A stretch of 62,981 nt of DNA, filler included, from Hyphochytrium catenoides (Eukaryota; Protista; Hyphochytriomycota), in assembly GCA_900088475.1 (NCBI GenBank). It is 4 parts of 4 records of this genome, joined end to end, with 100 filler letters (N's around TTAATTAATTAA, not from the genome) between each part and the next. Parts side by side here need not be neighbours in the genome. Positions count along the whole stretch, not along the records: positions 1 to 22,792 come from FLMG01003070.1; positions 22,893 to 26,521 come from FLMG01004152.1; 2 more parts are not named here. The stretch is one strand, 5' to 3'. The notes under the pieces are model-generated. The model searched no databases, was not told the DNA's origin, and saw nothing but the letters and a program-made list of their open reading frames with translations. A program made the translations under genes and the position numbers. Below, piece by piece: positions 12,974 through 25,543 of the stretch. Position 1 is the stretch's first letter; every line of letters starts with the position of its first letter.

Positions 12974-15900
12974 ATGAACTGCTCGAGTTCTTTGGCGCGG
13001 TTAGCCTTTGGGGAAGACCCAGAATACGTAGAAGCTGAAGGCGAGGTTTCTCCCACGACAACAACCTATAGCTATACCAATGACGGACCAGGCCAGTCGC
13101 GCACGCCATATTATCCCATGTCACCGACAGGGTACACAGCTTTAGATCCAACCATCTTTGAACAGGGTGTCCGAGAGCATGCCAAGTATCTCGGAATCGA
13201 TCCGGATCAGGTGTGTCTTACCCTGATGTTAATATTTCGCGCACTACGAACTAAGGTTGAAACAGGACCGGGATTATCTATGGATTGCGAAAGAATCTCT
13301 GATTGCTCCACTTCCATCCGGGTGGGTCCAAGTTCAGACAACGGAAGGCAATACTTACTATTATAACGAGCATACACAAGAAAGCAGCTGGGAACATCCG
13401 CGGGACAAAGAGTTTATAGGTTGGGCACGCTTCAGCCTGTCGTCACATCTAGCATCCCTTCCTCACGTGCCTTTTAGCTCTATTTCAGCAAGAAAAATCT
13501 CGCGCTCAGTGGCACTGGACTAATCATGGCGCATATGCTTGGAGTGAAAATCATGGAATCGTTGATGCTCCTGAGGACAATATGGTACGGCCTCCAGAGT
13601 GGACCTCGTCGGATGCTGCAAACTACAACTCCAGTGAAATCACCTCTGCCTTGTCATATGGAGGTGCTGGCTACGATGATCAAGGGTTGCTTTCTGCCCG
13701 AACCACCTTCACATCTATCTCATCTCCACTGCTTGATGAGAAGGCAACCTCTGCCCACTCTTCCGTTTCCCTAATAGAAGGTTGTGTTAATGGAAGCCAA
13801 GACGATATGAAAGTCCTTGTTTATACTGCAGAAGCTGAGAGTCAGACTGGAAAGCAGAGTAGTCCTCCTAAGATGAGGGCAAATCTGGATATTAAAGGCG
13901 AAGAGATGCAAAGGGAATTGGAGGTGGAGGTTATTGAGCTCCGCAAGACAAAGCGGAGCCTGTTGCGGGAGATAGAGGAGCTTGACGGGGAACTTGAGAC
14001 AGTGAAGAAGGTAGGAAGTGAGCCTAAGTTACATTTTCAGGGCGAGGCTAAAGACTCATATGTAGAACTGTTCTAAGCTTGAGAAGGCATTGACAAAGGA
14101 GAAACAAGCTAGTGGGATACAGCATTCTACTGGCTTGCTAGAGCTACAGCGAAGGTGTGAAGAGCTTTGTAAGAAACTGACAACTGAAGAAATTGCCAAG
14201 GATGCACTAGCTACTGAATGCACAGATCTCCGACAGAAGCTTGAACGGGCCGAGGATCAATTAAATCAGGTACGTTCCTCCGATGACCATGAGTCGACAG
14301 CCCTTTGAGAGTAGTTTCCACAGCTCAGGGAGTACCAAGACCAAACACAGATTCTCCGGGTTCAGCTTCGAAAGGCTGAGAAGGAGTTATCTGTACTTGA
14401 GGGAGAGAAGCTTCAGCACCAAACAGTACGAGAGGACCTTAAAGCGGTACGTGACATTGACGTTGCTACGCCTCTACCTGACATACAGCAAGGGCAAGTT
14501 CTAAGTTCGTGAGCTCCAGCTGCAAATTCTTCTAAGTGAGACCAAGACCAGTCTCACGGAACACCAGGAGCAATTAGCAGTAGCCCGGAAGGAGAACGAT
14601 ATCCTTAGACGAAAACTCCAAGCTAGTACAGCCTCTAGTTCGGAAGCCCATGAGGGCATAAAGAAGCTACGGGATGAGGCTGACGCTGAGTTGCATCAGC
14701 TGCGTCAGCGGCTCACGGAGACCATAAAAGAGAAGGATGCACTCCGAAGTGCACTCCGACAGATGGAACTAAGCCAGGATGATCTGAAAGCCACTCACGA
14801 TAGTGAAGTCAAAGAACGGCGGAGAGAGTTTGAGACTCTTGCTGAGGACCTTCGGGACCAGATTAAGCGCAAGGATTTGCTGCTGAAGGAACTACTGGAG
14901 AACAATAATGATATCAACGTTCATAAGCAGAGACTTGAGCAAGAGATGCAGAAGTTACGTAATCAGGTCTCTCGCAATATCACTGCAGCCTCGATAACCC
15001 ATTTTAGTTATTCCATCCTAACCACCCTTTGGATCAGGTGGCAGACCTTCCTTTGGCTTTATTATCTGCTAGGGCAGAGGAGCGGCAAAATGTTAGGAAG
15101 GAGTTCGAGTCTAGCTTGGCAGGAGCAGAAGACAAACAGAGAGGTAGGCTTTCAATTGTCGACTTGCTTAACGGACCCTGAGAGCTTCATCCAGAACTAG
15201 CCGCACTGCTCAAAGAAGAGGCTGAGAAACGGAAGGTCTTGCACAATCGACTTGTAGAACTCCAAGGGAACATTAGAGTTTTCTGCAGAGTGCGTCCCGT
15301 GCAGCAGACTGAGCTTCAGAGCACAAGCGCAGCCGTCGAGGTTGTGACCTTCTCGGAGTATGACGACCAGGTCAGTAGAGGTTTTTAGAGGAATCGTGTG
15401 CCCATTAGACTGATGCCAGTCCTTGTCGCAGAGCCTATCAATGAAGCCCTTGCAAGGAAGTAAGGGCCGACAGAGCTATACCTTTGACTTCGACAAGGTA
15501 TTTCAGCCCACCGCTACGCAGGTACGGGGTTTTCGATAACAGACATAGGAAGCTAGACAGTCGATTGATGATGCCAATGAGCTGTTGCGCTGACGATACT
15601 ATGTGACAGACACAAGTCTTCGATGAGACCAAACCCTTAGTCGTATCAGCTCTGGATGGCTATAATGTTTGCATATTCGCCTATGGCCAAACGGGTTCAG
15701 GGAAGACCCACACCAGTGAGTAATGCAGCAATCTGGTACCAACAAGCCTCGACCTGTAGCAGAGACTAACAGGGCATCTTGCACTTTACAAAAATTAGTG
15801 AGCGGCTCCGACATGGACCCTGGGGTCAATATTCGGGCGCTGAAGCTGCTCTTTACAGAACGAGACCAAAGGACCAAGGCGGAACGAGCAGATTACCGTT

Positions 15901-17143
15901 TGCTGCTTAGCATGCTTGAAGTATACAATGAGACCGTGTTTGATTTACTTCAGGAGACCAAACAAGAGGTGAGACGTCAGTGTGAAGGGATATCAAAGGA
16001 GTTCTTCATCATCATGCAAACTGAATTGTGCCATACGACAGGTGGATATTCGAGTGGATAAGGGACAGCCATTCGTAGAGGGCCTAACAGAAGTGGAAGT
16101 GTCTGCAGAGGACGAGGTCACTAAGCTCGTCAAGCTTGGGCTTTCCCACCGAGCTGTCGGCTCCCATAATGCGAACGAGCACAGGTACGACATCTAAAAT
16201 AGAGTCACTTGGTACGAAGAGACTGACTCCGTCTATCTGGACCTCTCCGGGCTTAACAGTAGCAGAAGCCATTTGGTGTTGACTGTGAAAATTGAGAGCA
16301 GAGTCAAGGATAGTGGAAAGGCAATTGTCGGAAAGCTCCATCTCATTGATCTAGCTGGTAATTATAAGCCCGCTGCTCTGCTCATCGGAAGCCACAAGGC
16401 CCTAAACCCCATGCCCTTCCCAGGCAGCGAAAGAGTGTCTAAGACTGACGCCAGTGGCCAGAGGTTGAAGGAAGCTCAGAACATTAACCGGTCCCTCTCT
16501 GCACTAGGCGACGTGATACATGCGTTAGGCTCAGGTGCAGCTTTGAACCCTCCCCCGTGTGGGTTGTCGTGTAGTCTCACACTGACTGCATGCTGTGTGA
16601 TCAGGGTCCAAGCACATTCCCTTCCGAAACTCTAAGCTAACATTCTTGCTGCAAGACTCCTTGGGAGGGAACTCAAAGGTAGAGGAATACAAGCGACATT
16701 TAAGAGTTAAGGCTCAAAACTTGCCATGATGATCCAGGTCCTCATGTTCGCCAACATATCTCCAGTTCAATGGAACGCCAGCGAGTCTCTATGCACGCTG
16801 AATTTTGCGCAGAGGTGTCGAAGCGTTGCCCTCGGACAAGCGAAAATAAATGACTGTTCAATAGAAGCACCTCCAAGCCAGGAGCAGAATGAGGTCGAAA
16901 GTGAAGGTAGGAAAGTCTCTTATGCAATGCGGGTTACCATTGCCACTGAACATGGTCTACTTCTTCTCAGACCGAGCCGTACTTTCGTCTCCAGAGTCCA
17001 CAAAAGCAAGCTCCTCCGTCAAGGAGCCACCCTCAAGAGGTGGAGGGTCAAGGCCTCCTGCACCTCGAAGCCCGCAGAAACCAAGACAGAACGTCCATTC
17101 CAGCCCTGGAAGGCAGCTTCTTGCTGCAGGAAGTCGCCGATAG
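12974..17143 (+). CDS. Kinesin-14 (C-terminal motor) with N-terminal CEP164-like WW module and long coiled coil, multi-exon
   Basis: N-terminus [34 protein letters not shown]...[15 protein letters not shown]. Kinesin-14 neck [24 protein letters not shown]-loop [13 protein letters not shown], switch motifs [38 protein letters not shown], coiled-coil and neck exons join in frame with GT-AG introns. Confidence 0.9.
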
Positions 17144-17846
17144 CAGCAGTACAGCTGAACTATCTCAATAATTTATGGTCTCATTAGCTGTCTCTACATA
17201 AGTCTTTTAGTCTTTTGGACAATGCACCCGTATGTAACAAGGTCCCTGCCCTCTCTGTAGATAGCAACTCGAGCCCATGGCAGCATCTTGGCTGATGGCA
17301 GCTCTATCTCGAGAGTTCCTTGCGCATCTTTCTATGACTTTATTATACAGCCTGGTCCCATCGTTAGAAGCGCCACCGACGAGGGCCAAGCAGATGACTG
17401 CTCGTAACAGAAGAACAAAGCGGCAACTTTTGGCGGGAACTTGGCGGGAATTTGTGGACGGCTTTCGTACATATCAGGAAGGTGTTCTGCTGAAATCGCC
17501 AGATTCTGAACCTTGTACATGATGATGTAGAATACTAGAACAACCGAACCTTTCCCCAAGATCCTTTGAAAACACAGGATCAGTTTGCCGTCCCAACCTG
17601 CCAAGTGCCAAGATGATGTGGAGATAGCCTCCTCCTGGATGAATGAATGCCAACGAAGGAAGCACGGACATTCATCAACATCAAGTTGATCAGACCTCAA
17701 ACAACATCTCAGCGTCTCAAGCAGATTAAAGTTAGAGGTGGTCGGCCCATCCCTGCCCGATCTTCAAGAAGGACTTTCTTCCGGAGCTAAAGATCAGTGA
17801 CGCCCTAGGGATATAGAGTCGGGGATCCCTCAACACAACTGAGCAG

Positions 17847-19669
17847 ATGGAAACGTCAGGTCAAAAACTTCTTCGAGGCATATTACAAACCAAGGCCTAA
17901 AACTAATCCTGGTACTTGCAGTGCTGCAGCGTATGAAAAGCGACCCTCGGTATAAAAGAGGGCGTGACCTATCAAAGAGTAAGCGCTTGGATGAAGCAGT
18001 AGACTACTGGGGCAACTTGTTGGAAGTCATGTAAGTTAAGACGACACCTTCTCTCAGATGAACTAGCGCTAACCACTGCTTTGTCATTAGTATTGAGCAA
18101 CATGATGCCGAAAGCCTTGAGGCGGCCCCGTTTTATGTGGAGTATGGCAATGCACTGCTTGCAAAGGCGGAGGTACCACTCACACCAAAAGGGCTCCCAG
18201 CAAAGTTGAACACTAAAAATCACTCCAGGCATCAGCAGACCTCTTTGGTGACGCTGTCGCAAAGGTCGAGTCCAAAGAAGATGTTAATCAGAATAAAGGT
18301 GAGCTAAGTTACACGTTGTGCACACCATTGACTGTCTAAGGCTAGATTTGAAGAGAACCTTGGGGCAGTGGCTGGTTCTAAAGAAGCACTTGCGGAGGAC
18401 ACAGTCGAGAAGGGAGACGAGGGCACAGAGGAGAACGGCACTGATGCCAAGAATCCTACTGGATCTTCTGCTCAGGACGATCTAGAGCTCGCCTGGGAGA
18501 TGTTGGAAGTGGCTAGAGTTATCCTATGCCGCTACGCTGGCCCTGTAAGTTCCTCACATGTGTATACACTTGCACCACACAAACTGCTAAGTCTTTACCT
18601 CAAAGGATGTGGATGAGGAGCTCACTTTTGTTTATCTTCGCCTGGGAGACCTGAGCATGGAAGGAGGTAAGTGAGCGTTGACCCTCTGTTAGGAAGCATT
18701 TCATACAATTTATGCCGCATCTTCATAGAGTTTATGCCGTTTCATTGTTGCCTCCTTTTTAAGGGAACTTCGGAGCTGCTATTGAGGACTATAAAAAGTG
18801 CCTCGCGATCCGTGAAACCGCTAGGGAAAAGAACCATCGTGCCATCGCTGACGTTCACTGCTCGATTGGAACGGCATACTTGTATCAAGAACCAACCGAG
18901 GAAAAGCCAGATCACAAGCTGGAGGCTCTGAAGCATTACAGACAGGCTGAACTCGAAATGGCAAAGGTTATTAAGGAGCTGGCAGAAAGGCGTGGTCTGA
19001 GCGCCCTCATCATACAAAAGACTAGATGTAAGCGACATTCTGACTTAAGACACTTCGTTGGTGGTGATAGCGCGAATTGTGTGGCATTAGTGCGGTGGGT
19101 GCACGAGACTGTTCATGCTAATGGAGCATTGTCTAGCATCTGGCCCTTCCAAGAACGGCAAGCAGAAAGCAGATCCTATGAAGAGAGTGGACCAAGAAAA
19201 TGCTGATAGTGATGACTTCTCGCGTCTCCTGATGGAAGTTTCGAAGGTATCGAACTCCCAAATTTAGAACAGACCGTCTGGAAGCCAAGCTAAATGCGTT
19301 ACTTTTTTACAGCCGGCTGCGTCTGCAGAGAATGCCGATGTCATCGATCTCATTAGCATCCACACTGAGCTGAGAGAAAAGGTTCAAGACGTTCTTAGTA
19401 ACTGGCGGGAAGAAAGCACATCAGCAGGGACCACGTCAATTGGCTTTGGACAGAGCAGTTCCACCGCCAATCCCTTTCAGGAAAAGCCTATCAGCACCAA
19501 TGGCTCTCAAGCGTCTGCATCGGCCAGTTCTAGCATCAACCATGTCAACATGGTTCAGATCAAGAAGAAGTCAGGTCCACTGGGTAACCCTGTGCAGGTG
19601 CAAGAGGCTGGGCTAAAGCGGAAGGCCGAGGTCGCTTCAAATGACGTCGTAAAGAGCCAAAAACTGTAG
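17847..19669 (+). CDS. NASP: NASP/Sim3/Hif1-family histone H3-H4 chaperone (SHNi-TPR), multi-exon
   Basis: YVEYGNALLAKAE, an acidic insert, DDLELAWEMLEVARVI, VYLRLGDLSME..NFGAAIEDYKKCLAIR, HRAIADVH, a TTSIGFG motif and a basic C-terminal tail. Confidence 0.88.
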
Positions 19670-19711
19670 TTTATTTATTGGTCTGGCTACATTGTTATCT
19701 GGTCGTTGACA

Positions 19712-21690
19712 TTATCCTTCCATGGGGTCGTCATTAATGCCGACTTTAGCATTTCTTTGCACTTCGTGACCAGCCGCAGCGGTGCCGGCTGATAGAATTT
19801 GGTCGTTCTCACTGCTATAATCAAGCTCTTTCGTGGCTGGATCTGCTGAAGTATGGCCAAGAGGTACGTTAGCCTTCGGTGGCAGTAACACCGGCTGAGC
19901 CGTCGAACCAGGAGAGGAAGAGTCCTTGCTGGCTGATCGTGCCGCTGCTGCAACGCTGGGTGCTAACTCTGTCTTCATTCTATCATCAAATCCTGGCTGA
20001 GAAGCTGTACTCGATGACTTGCGCTTTTCATTGCCCTCTGGAATGACGCGCTTCGTAGCCGCCTCTAGGCGGTTACTGTTGTGAGTTTCGTCGTGACTGC
20101 TATGACGCTTCCGAGACGCCGGTTGCTTATTGCTCAGTTCTGCAGTCCGACCGTTGGATTGTGCACTCTCAGCTGCGTAGCCTCTACTTGTCTCGTCGTC
20201 GAAGGCCGTCACACTGGCTGTCGCTTTAGACCTCTTGGGCAACGCCGTCACTGTCCGACAGTAGTCCACGATAACCAGACGAAACATTGAAAGTGTCAGT
20301 TGGCCACATAGGAGGGCCAGGAACGGTATGACGCTAGCTTCACTAACGGTTTCCGTCGCAAGAAAGACAATGTAGCAGAAGATGTATGGGATATGGGTAT
20401 AGCAAATCTTCTTGCTATACCCGTCTATACGGATACGCGCAGCCTGCCATGATGTCTGAGACGAACCAGAGACAGCACTAATAGCACTTGCTGATACAAC
20501 GGATGAAGGAGCGACTCCCACGCGCTTGCTTGTTCTGACTTTCGCTTCTCCTCCTTTGTTGTTGTCAGCTTCTCGCAATATCTCGATTAACCTCCTGCCG
20601 GCGAAGAAGACGCTGGCTGACAAGCCACCCATTGTGAATATAATGATAATTCCTGCTATAAGTCTTTGTCCTTGGGTGATGTTGGAGTTTGGATGTCCGA
20701 GAGATGAGGAGAAGAGGCAGCGGATTTGAAAGGAAAACATGGTGAGCACGTCAAGCTCGTCTCTATAGGAGAGAAGAAGCAGAGACAATTGTAAGGGAGC
20801 GGCGGGTCGCATACCTGTGAGTTCAGTCACCGCATAGGTGATACAAAATACTACCGCGACGGCATACATCAAGAATTTGCTCTTATCCAGCCTCTCGCGG
20901 TTGAGCTTCGCCATTGCCCTACTGGAGGCCGCGATGTGGACCCATGCCAGGACGATGGTAAGGTCAGCGAAGATCATGCTGAACCCATGGAGGGTCATCA
21001 CTATTGGGCGTACTGGGAATAAAATGGAAGTCAGGCGAGAGAGGCTGGAGAGCGGAGACAATGAAGGATTGGTCACTTACCGCTGTCAGTCCAGAAGAAG
21101 GACTTATCAATTCCTACCGCAGCTAGAAAGAATATAAAGTTACCCAAGACGCCGAGTAAACTTCCCACGAGGTTCACTATAAGGAGTTTGTCTCTGTCAC
21201 TGTAGACAAATGTCCCTTCCTTAACAGAGCTGACTAGAATAAGGACGTTGGTGGTGCATAGAGAGAACATCAGAGCCACTGATATTAGAGCGGCAATGAT
21301 GCCGATCCAAGTGGCCTAATAATGTCGAAGATACGAACAAGGTTGCCACTCTTGTTAGAAAAAAGATCATAATGATGTGACCACATAGATCTCTTTTCCT
21401 ACCGTGGTTCTCTCGTCGCAGCTTGAACCCTCATAGCCAAAGAAGGCCGAGCACTGACAGGTGTTCTTCCGCGTCTCGACTGCTTCCTGGTTAATCAATG
21501 CTGACTCATAGCAGCTAAAGTACGCTGGGCAGTCAAAACTTGTAGTACAACTCGTGGGAACTGACCGCGGGCGATCGGCCTGCACCCCCCGAAGAAAGCT
21601 TGGGTTCTGGCTCTGAACAACTAGCACCCCGAGAAGCACTTGCCAGCCATAATTCCCTCGTATATGCTCGCGACGTCTACGTCCTAACAT
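19712..21690 (-). CDS. Seven-transmembrane GPCR-like protein with extracellular Cys-rich/EGF-like domain
   Basis: Exon 1 has CTTSFDCPAYFSC...CQCSAFFGYEGSSC (EGF-like). After splicing there are seven hydrophobic helices and a long polar cytosolic tail. Confidence 0.7.
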
Positions 21691-22792
21691 TCTTAGATGT
21701 GGCCTGGAAGAGCTGAATAAGACCTAACAACCTCTCGCCAGTCCAAGCAAGAATCTCGTCAAACCCGAATTGTTATTCTAGTTGGCGAGGAAGTAAGAGC
21801 TAATTGATGAAGGTAACTGAGCTACTAAGCGCCAGGATGACTATCGATAGAACAATGACCTTCCATGGGATCAAGTATCCCTTCTGGGTTGCCCAAAGAA
21901 GGCGTCAGACAAGAGTCGAGAGAAGTGCGGGCTCCGTCATGATGAAGAATGAGAAGATCGAAGCTTTTCGCGTACTCGTGAAAGTGAACGGAAGAAAGAT
22001 TGAACTGTAATAGAATAGCCAACGAAGCCAAAGAAGGTGAGCAGCAGAGAGGGAAGACAAACTATATCGACCAACCGCAGCGTGACCCTTTCCACTACGC
22101 AAAAAAACAAGTGGTGACGAGACTGCACCTCAATCATGATAGCAAAGCGCCATCTTCTTCCGTTCTTGGCTTTCCGCGTGTCTCTATGTACTACAGTGTA
22201 TTTTTAATGTCACTCTGCCTCTTCTCGCTAGCAGAAGCAGCATCTGCAAAGCAAACCAAGTCTTGCCTCATCTCTCTCTTATGATCACTCTACTTTCTGT
22301 CGTTTGCTGCACAACATCACTACTCAAGCATGGGTAGCATTGCGGTTTCTTACACCTGCCACACCAGCCAGCCCTTCTCACCCGCACTAAGCTATCACCA
22401 CCACATCATTTTCACTCCTCTCGCCCATAATGTCTGTTGTCTCGAACGCTGATGGCGTCGACAATCTCATTGCACCTTCGCCCCTCCTCCTCGTACTTGT
22501 TCCTCCGCCGCCTCTCGTCTTCCTCCTTCTTCTTTCATGAATGCCAAGAAGCAGAGGACGCAACTGTATCTGTAAGTAAAGCTAAAGCAGCGGCACCCCC
22601 AGCACCAGCACCAGCAGCCCAACAACCAGAGCAAGGGCTGGCGCTCGCTGCCGCAAATAAATACTGCAGAAGAGGAATAAGCACTGGCAACGTGATGGCC
22701 CTTGGGGATGGGACTGTTTCGTCCATCCCGCCATGTAACGGCCTTCCCTTCCTCTCCCATCACCAGCCCGCTCTACGCCATGTATTTCTGAT

Positions 22793-22892
22793 NNNNNNNN
22801 NNNNNNNNNNNNNNNNNNNNNNNNNNNNNNNNNNNNTTAATTAATTAANNNNNNNNNNNNNNNNNNNNNNNNNNNNNNNNNNNNNNNNNNNN
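22793..22892. other. Assembly linker N44-TTAATTAATTAA-N44
   Basis: Six-frame stop oligomer at 22837-22848 inside Ns, total 100 nt. Confidence 0.97.
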
Positions 22893-23561
22893 ATGATGGT
22901 CGAACCGGTAGCAAAGTGGGTTCCTGGTCCTGCAACCGCGGATTCGGCGGTGCTAGGGCAGTTCGCTCAAGACTCGCGCTTTATGGACGTCACTTTCAAG
23001 CTTGCAGATGGCAGAGAGGTAAAGGCTCATCGGTGTGTCCTATCAGCAACAAATGCCTACTTTCAGGCTCTCTTCAGTTCTCCAATGGTAGAAGCCCGTC
23101 AGCCTGTCATCAGCTTAAACGATACGCCCTATGAGCTATTTGAGATGCTGATTAGCTCGATATATGGCCTACACCCAGACCTTGACAGGCTTGACTTCTC
23201 ATCTCTACTAGAGCTTTACACCCTCTCGGACATGTACCTAGTTCAAAACTTGACCAAACGGGTTCAAAGGAGGATTCGAGAAGTTTGCAAGGAGGCCAAC
23301 GGAGAGACAGTAGTGCAGGCCCTAGACTTCGCTACTCGGTACACAGTGCCATGGTTGCAGTACGAAGCTGTGAGGCAACTTTTGGGGCTACCGCAGTACC
23401 ACTCCGCCAAACACTATACTCCTCTGGCTTGGAAGGTCTTAGAGGAAACATTGAGGCTAGACTTCGGCCTTCCGCGTGTCCTTTACGAAGTAGAAGAGGC
23501 TAAGGAGCCTGTTCCGCCACCTGGCACTTGCCCAGGAGATATGGAAGAGGACACTGAGTAG
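22893..23561 (+). CDS. BTB/POZ domain protein (probably 5'-partial)
   Basis: FMDVTFKLADGREVKAHRCVLSATNAYFQALFSSPMVEARQPVISLND...LYTLSDMYLVQNL is a canonical BTB fold. The ORF starts at the gap edge. Confidence 0.88.
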   Translation: MMVEPVAKWVPGPATADSAVLGQFAQDSRFMDVTFKLADGREVKAHRCVLSATNAYFQALFSSPMVEARQPVISLNDTPYELFEMLISSIYGLHPDLDRLDFSSLLELYTLSDMYLVQNLTKRVQRRIREVCKEANGETVVQALDFATRYTVPWLQYEAVRQLLGLPQYHSAKHYTPLAWKVLEETLRLDFGLPRVLYEVEEAKEPVPPPGTCPGDMEEDTE

Positions 23562-25543
23562 GAAGATGTGGTGGGGCGGATAGTAAGCAGGGTTGTAGAT
23601 AGATAACTGTTGTACAGCTAAGACTAGCATTGTTATTCTTCCTTTGTATCTTCCGTTGTTGATTACCCTGCCTTTTCAATGTCTTTGCGGAGGAATGCAC
23701 GACCCTGTCAGAAGGTGTTTACTGTCTCTGTTTCCTACAGACTTCAAAGTGGTTTGGGCAAGGAGCTGTGGAGACTACTACTTCCCTTTCTTCAAGTATG
23801 CCAAAGGCCCCTAGAGAACCCATCGCCAGTCCCGCTTCTAGAGGCAAATGATGACTTTTCTTCTTTTATTGATAGCTGTATAAATGGTGAGGCCTCCAGT
23901 TAGCCCCCCTAATCAACACTTACTTTGCCCCGTAGGGGAGGCAGGAGCGGTGGGGTTAGGTCATCAGGCGCTAGGCTAGGCTCAGTGTGGTGCGGCAGAC
24001 TCAACTGTTGTCCCATATCTCTCTTCTCTCCACCTATCGCTCTGTCTTGTCGTTTGAGCCAGGCATGATGCTTTCTATGGACTCCCCTTACCTATAATCT
24101 AATGTACATCAAACACTCTCTGGGAGATCCTGCTGTGTCCCAGTGGTTGTACGCTCCCCTTCCTGGGGCTGCTGCTATTTGTGGCTGCTGAGAAGGAAGA
24201 CATTCTCTTTTTGGAACAAAGACACACTTGTCTAACCTCCAATAGGGATGCATCCTTATCCCTCTAAGAGAAACATTGAAGGTTTCTACTTTCTACTAAG
24301 GTCATCTAAACCTTGAAGATCACGGAGAGACGCAATCTCAAGGCTCTGGAAGTTAGCGGATGATCTTCATCCTTCCACAGAGATTTTTATTGACCAGCTT
24401 CAGCATTCGTCACAGCAACTGGCGCATCCTCACAGCTTCGCAACCACAGCTCCCGGGGGAAATCTGCAGGGCGCTGCTTGTTTCTCTAAAATGCTGGTTT
24501 CACCTTTGGACAACGAAATGTTTCAGCAAAGCTGAGGAAGCTTTGGCCCTTTCAAGTGTAAAAGGTGTTAAGAGAAGAAAGTTGCATTACCTGAAGTATT
24601 CAAGCACGGAAATATTGCCAACTAGCACAAAATTGCTGTGAAATGAAAAAGGGGCAAGGGAGTATACTATTATTCTGCCTCAGAGCAGCACTTCCCTAAC
24701 GACAGAGTGGGAAGTACGGTCGGTCCTACCCTACTAGCGTATTACTACGGATCCTCCTGTCAAAAGCCCCTATGTCCCACCCATCCTAAAAACCTCCATC
24801 ATTATATGAGCATAGGTACGGTCCGCGTCGCCTACCCACCGCCGCCATTCTGTTCTCATTGTGATGCAAGAAAGCGGGGAAGGGAACTCAGTCCATGGTC
24901 TGAAACCCCACTATCTCTGGTATACCCTACTGGGGGTAACCCCCTTCAGTAACAAATCTTTACTATTTTACCTTGGTAAAGAAAGCTTACCCCGGGTATG
25001 TGACGTTACTCACTATGTGTGGGTTGCCCTAAGTTAAAGTTAAGTTGGACCGACTCGACGGCGGTGCGATGCGCGACAAGAAAAAAGAAGGCGCCTACAT
25101 AAAGACCCAATAAATTTATAGCGGTGATAAAGGCAGGCAGAGACGGCGGCAAGCTCCATTAACGGAGATTATCGCGTGAGGTCAGAGCCTCAGAGATAGA
25201 GAGAAAGCCTTGCAAAGCTGGGTGTGTGAGGTAGTTGAAGGAGAAGAGTGTGGACCTTGCTTCTACTGTCCTGCGGAAGTGCTGCCCCCTAACCCGCAAG
25301 AGGGCGCGCTTCTCAGGTCCTTATCTATCTCCTGTGCGGTGGGCCAAGCCTGTGAAGAGTTCTTCTCATGAACTGCAGTTGTCAGGGATTCCTAGCGATA
25401 CTCTGCCTTTGAAACTCAACTCTATTTTTTAGGAAAAGCGGTGACAGAGGTACTTGTTGGTTGAACGCCCCGCTGCGGGCAGAGTCTCTGGATTGTCTCC
25501 TGTGAGACGGAGGCCGTCCTGAGACAGCAACCAAGAACGCAGG

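Noticed and set aside
17200-17800. Overlapping 60-120 aa ORFs between kinesin and NASP
   Set aside because: No domain signal on either strand; probably UTR or promoter sequence.
22430-22792. Pro/Ala-rich ORF running into the gap as a possible 5' part of the BTB gene
   Set aside because: Low complexity, and linkage across the linker cannot be verified.
22837-22848. TTAATTAATTAA as a biological motif (piggyBac TTAA target site or PacI site)
   Set aside because: It sits centred in exactly 44+44 Ns three times, so it is an assembly spacer.
23600-25500. Possible gene or TE between the BTB gene and the membrane protein
   Set aside because: Only short ORFs interrupted by stops; no motif, TIR or LTR found by eye.
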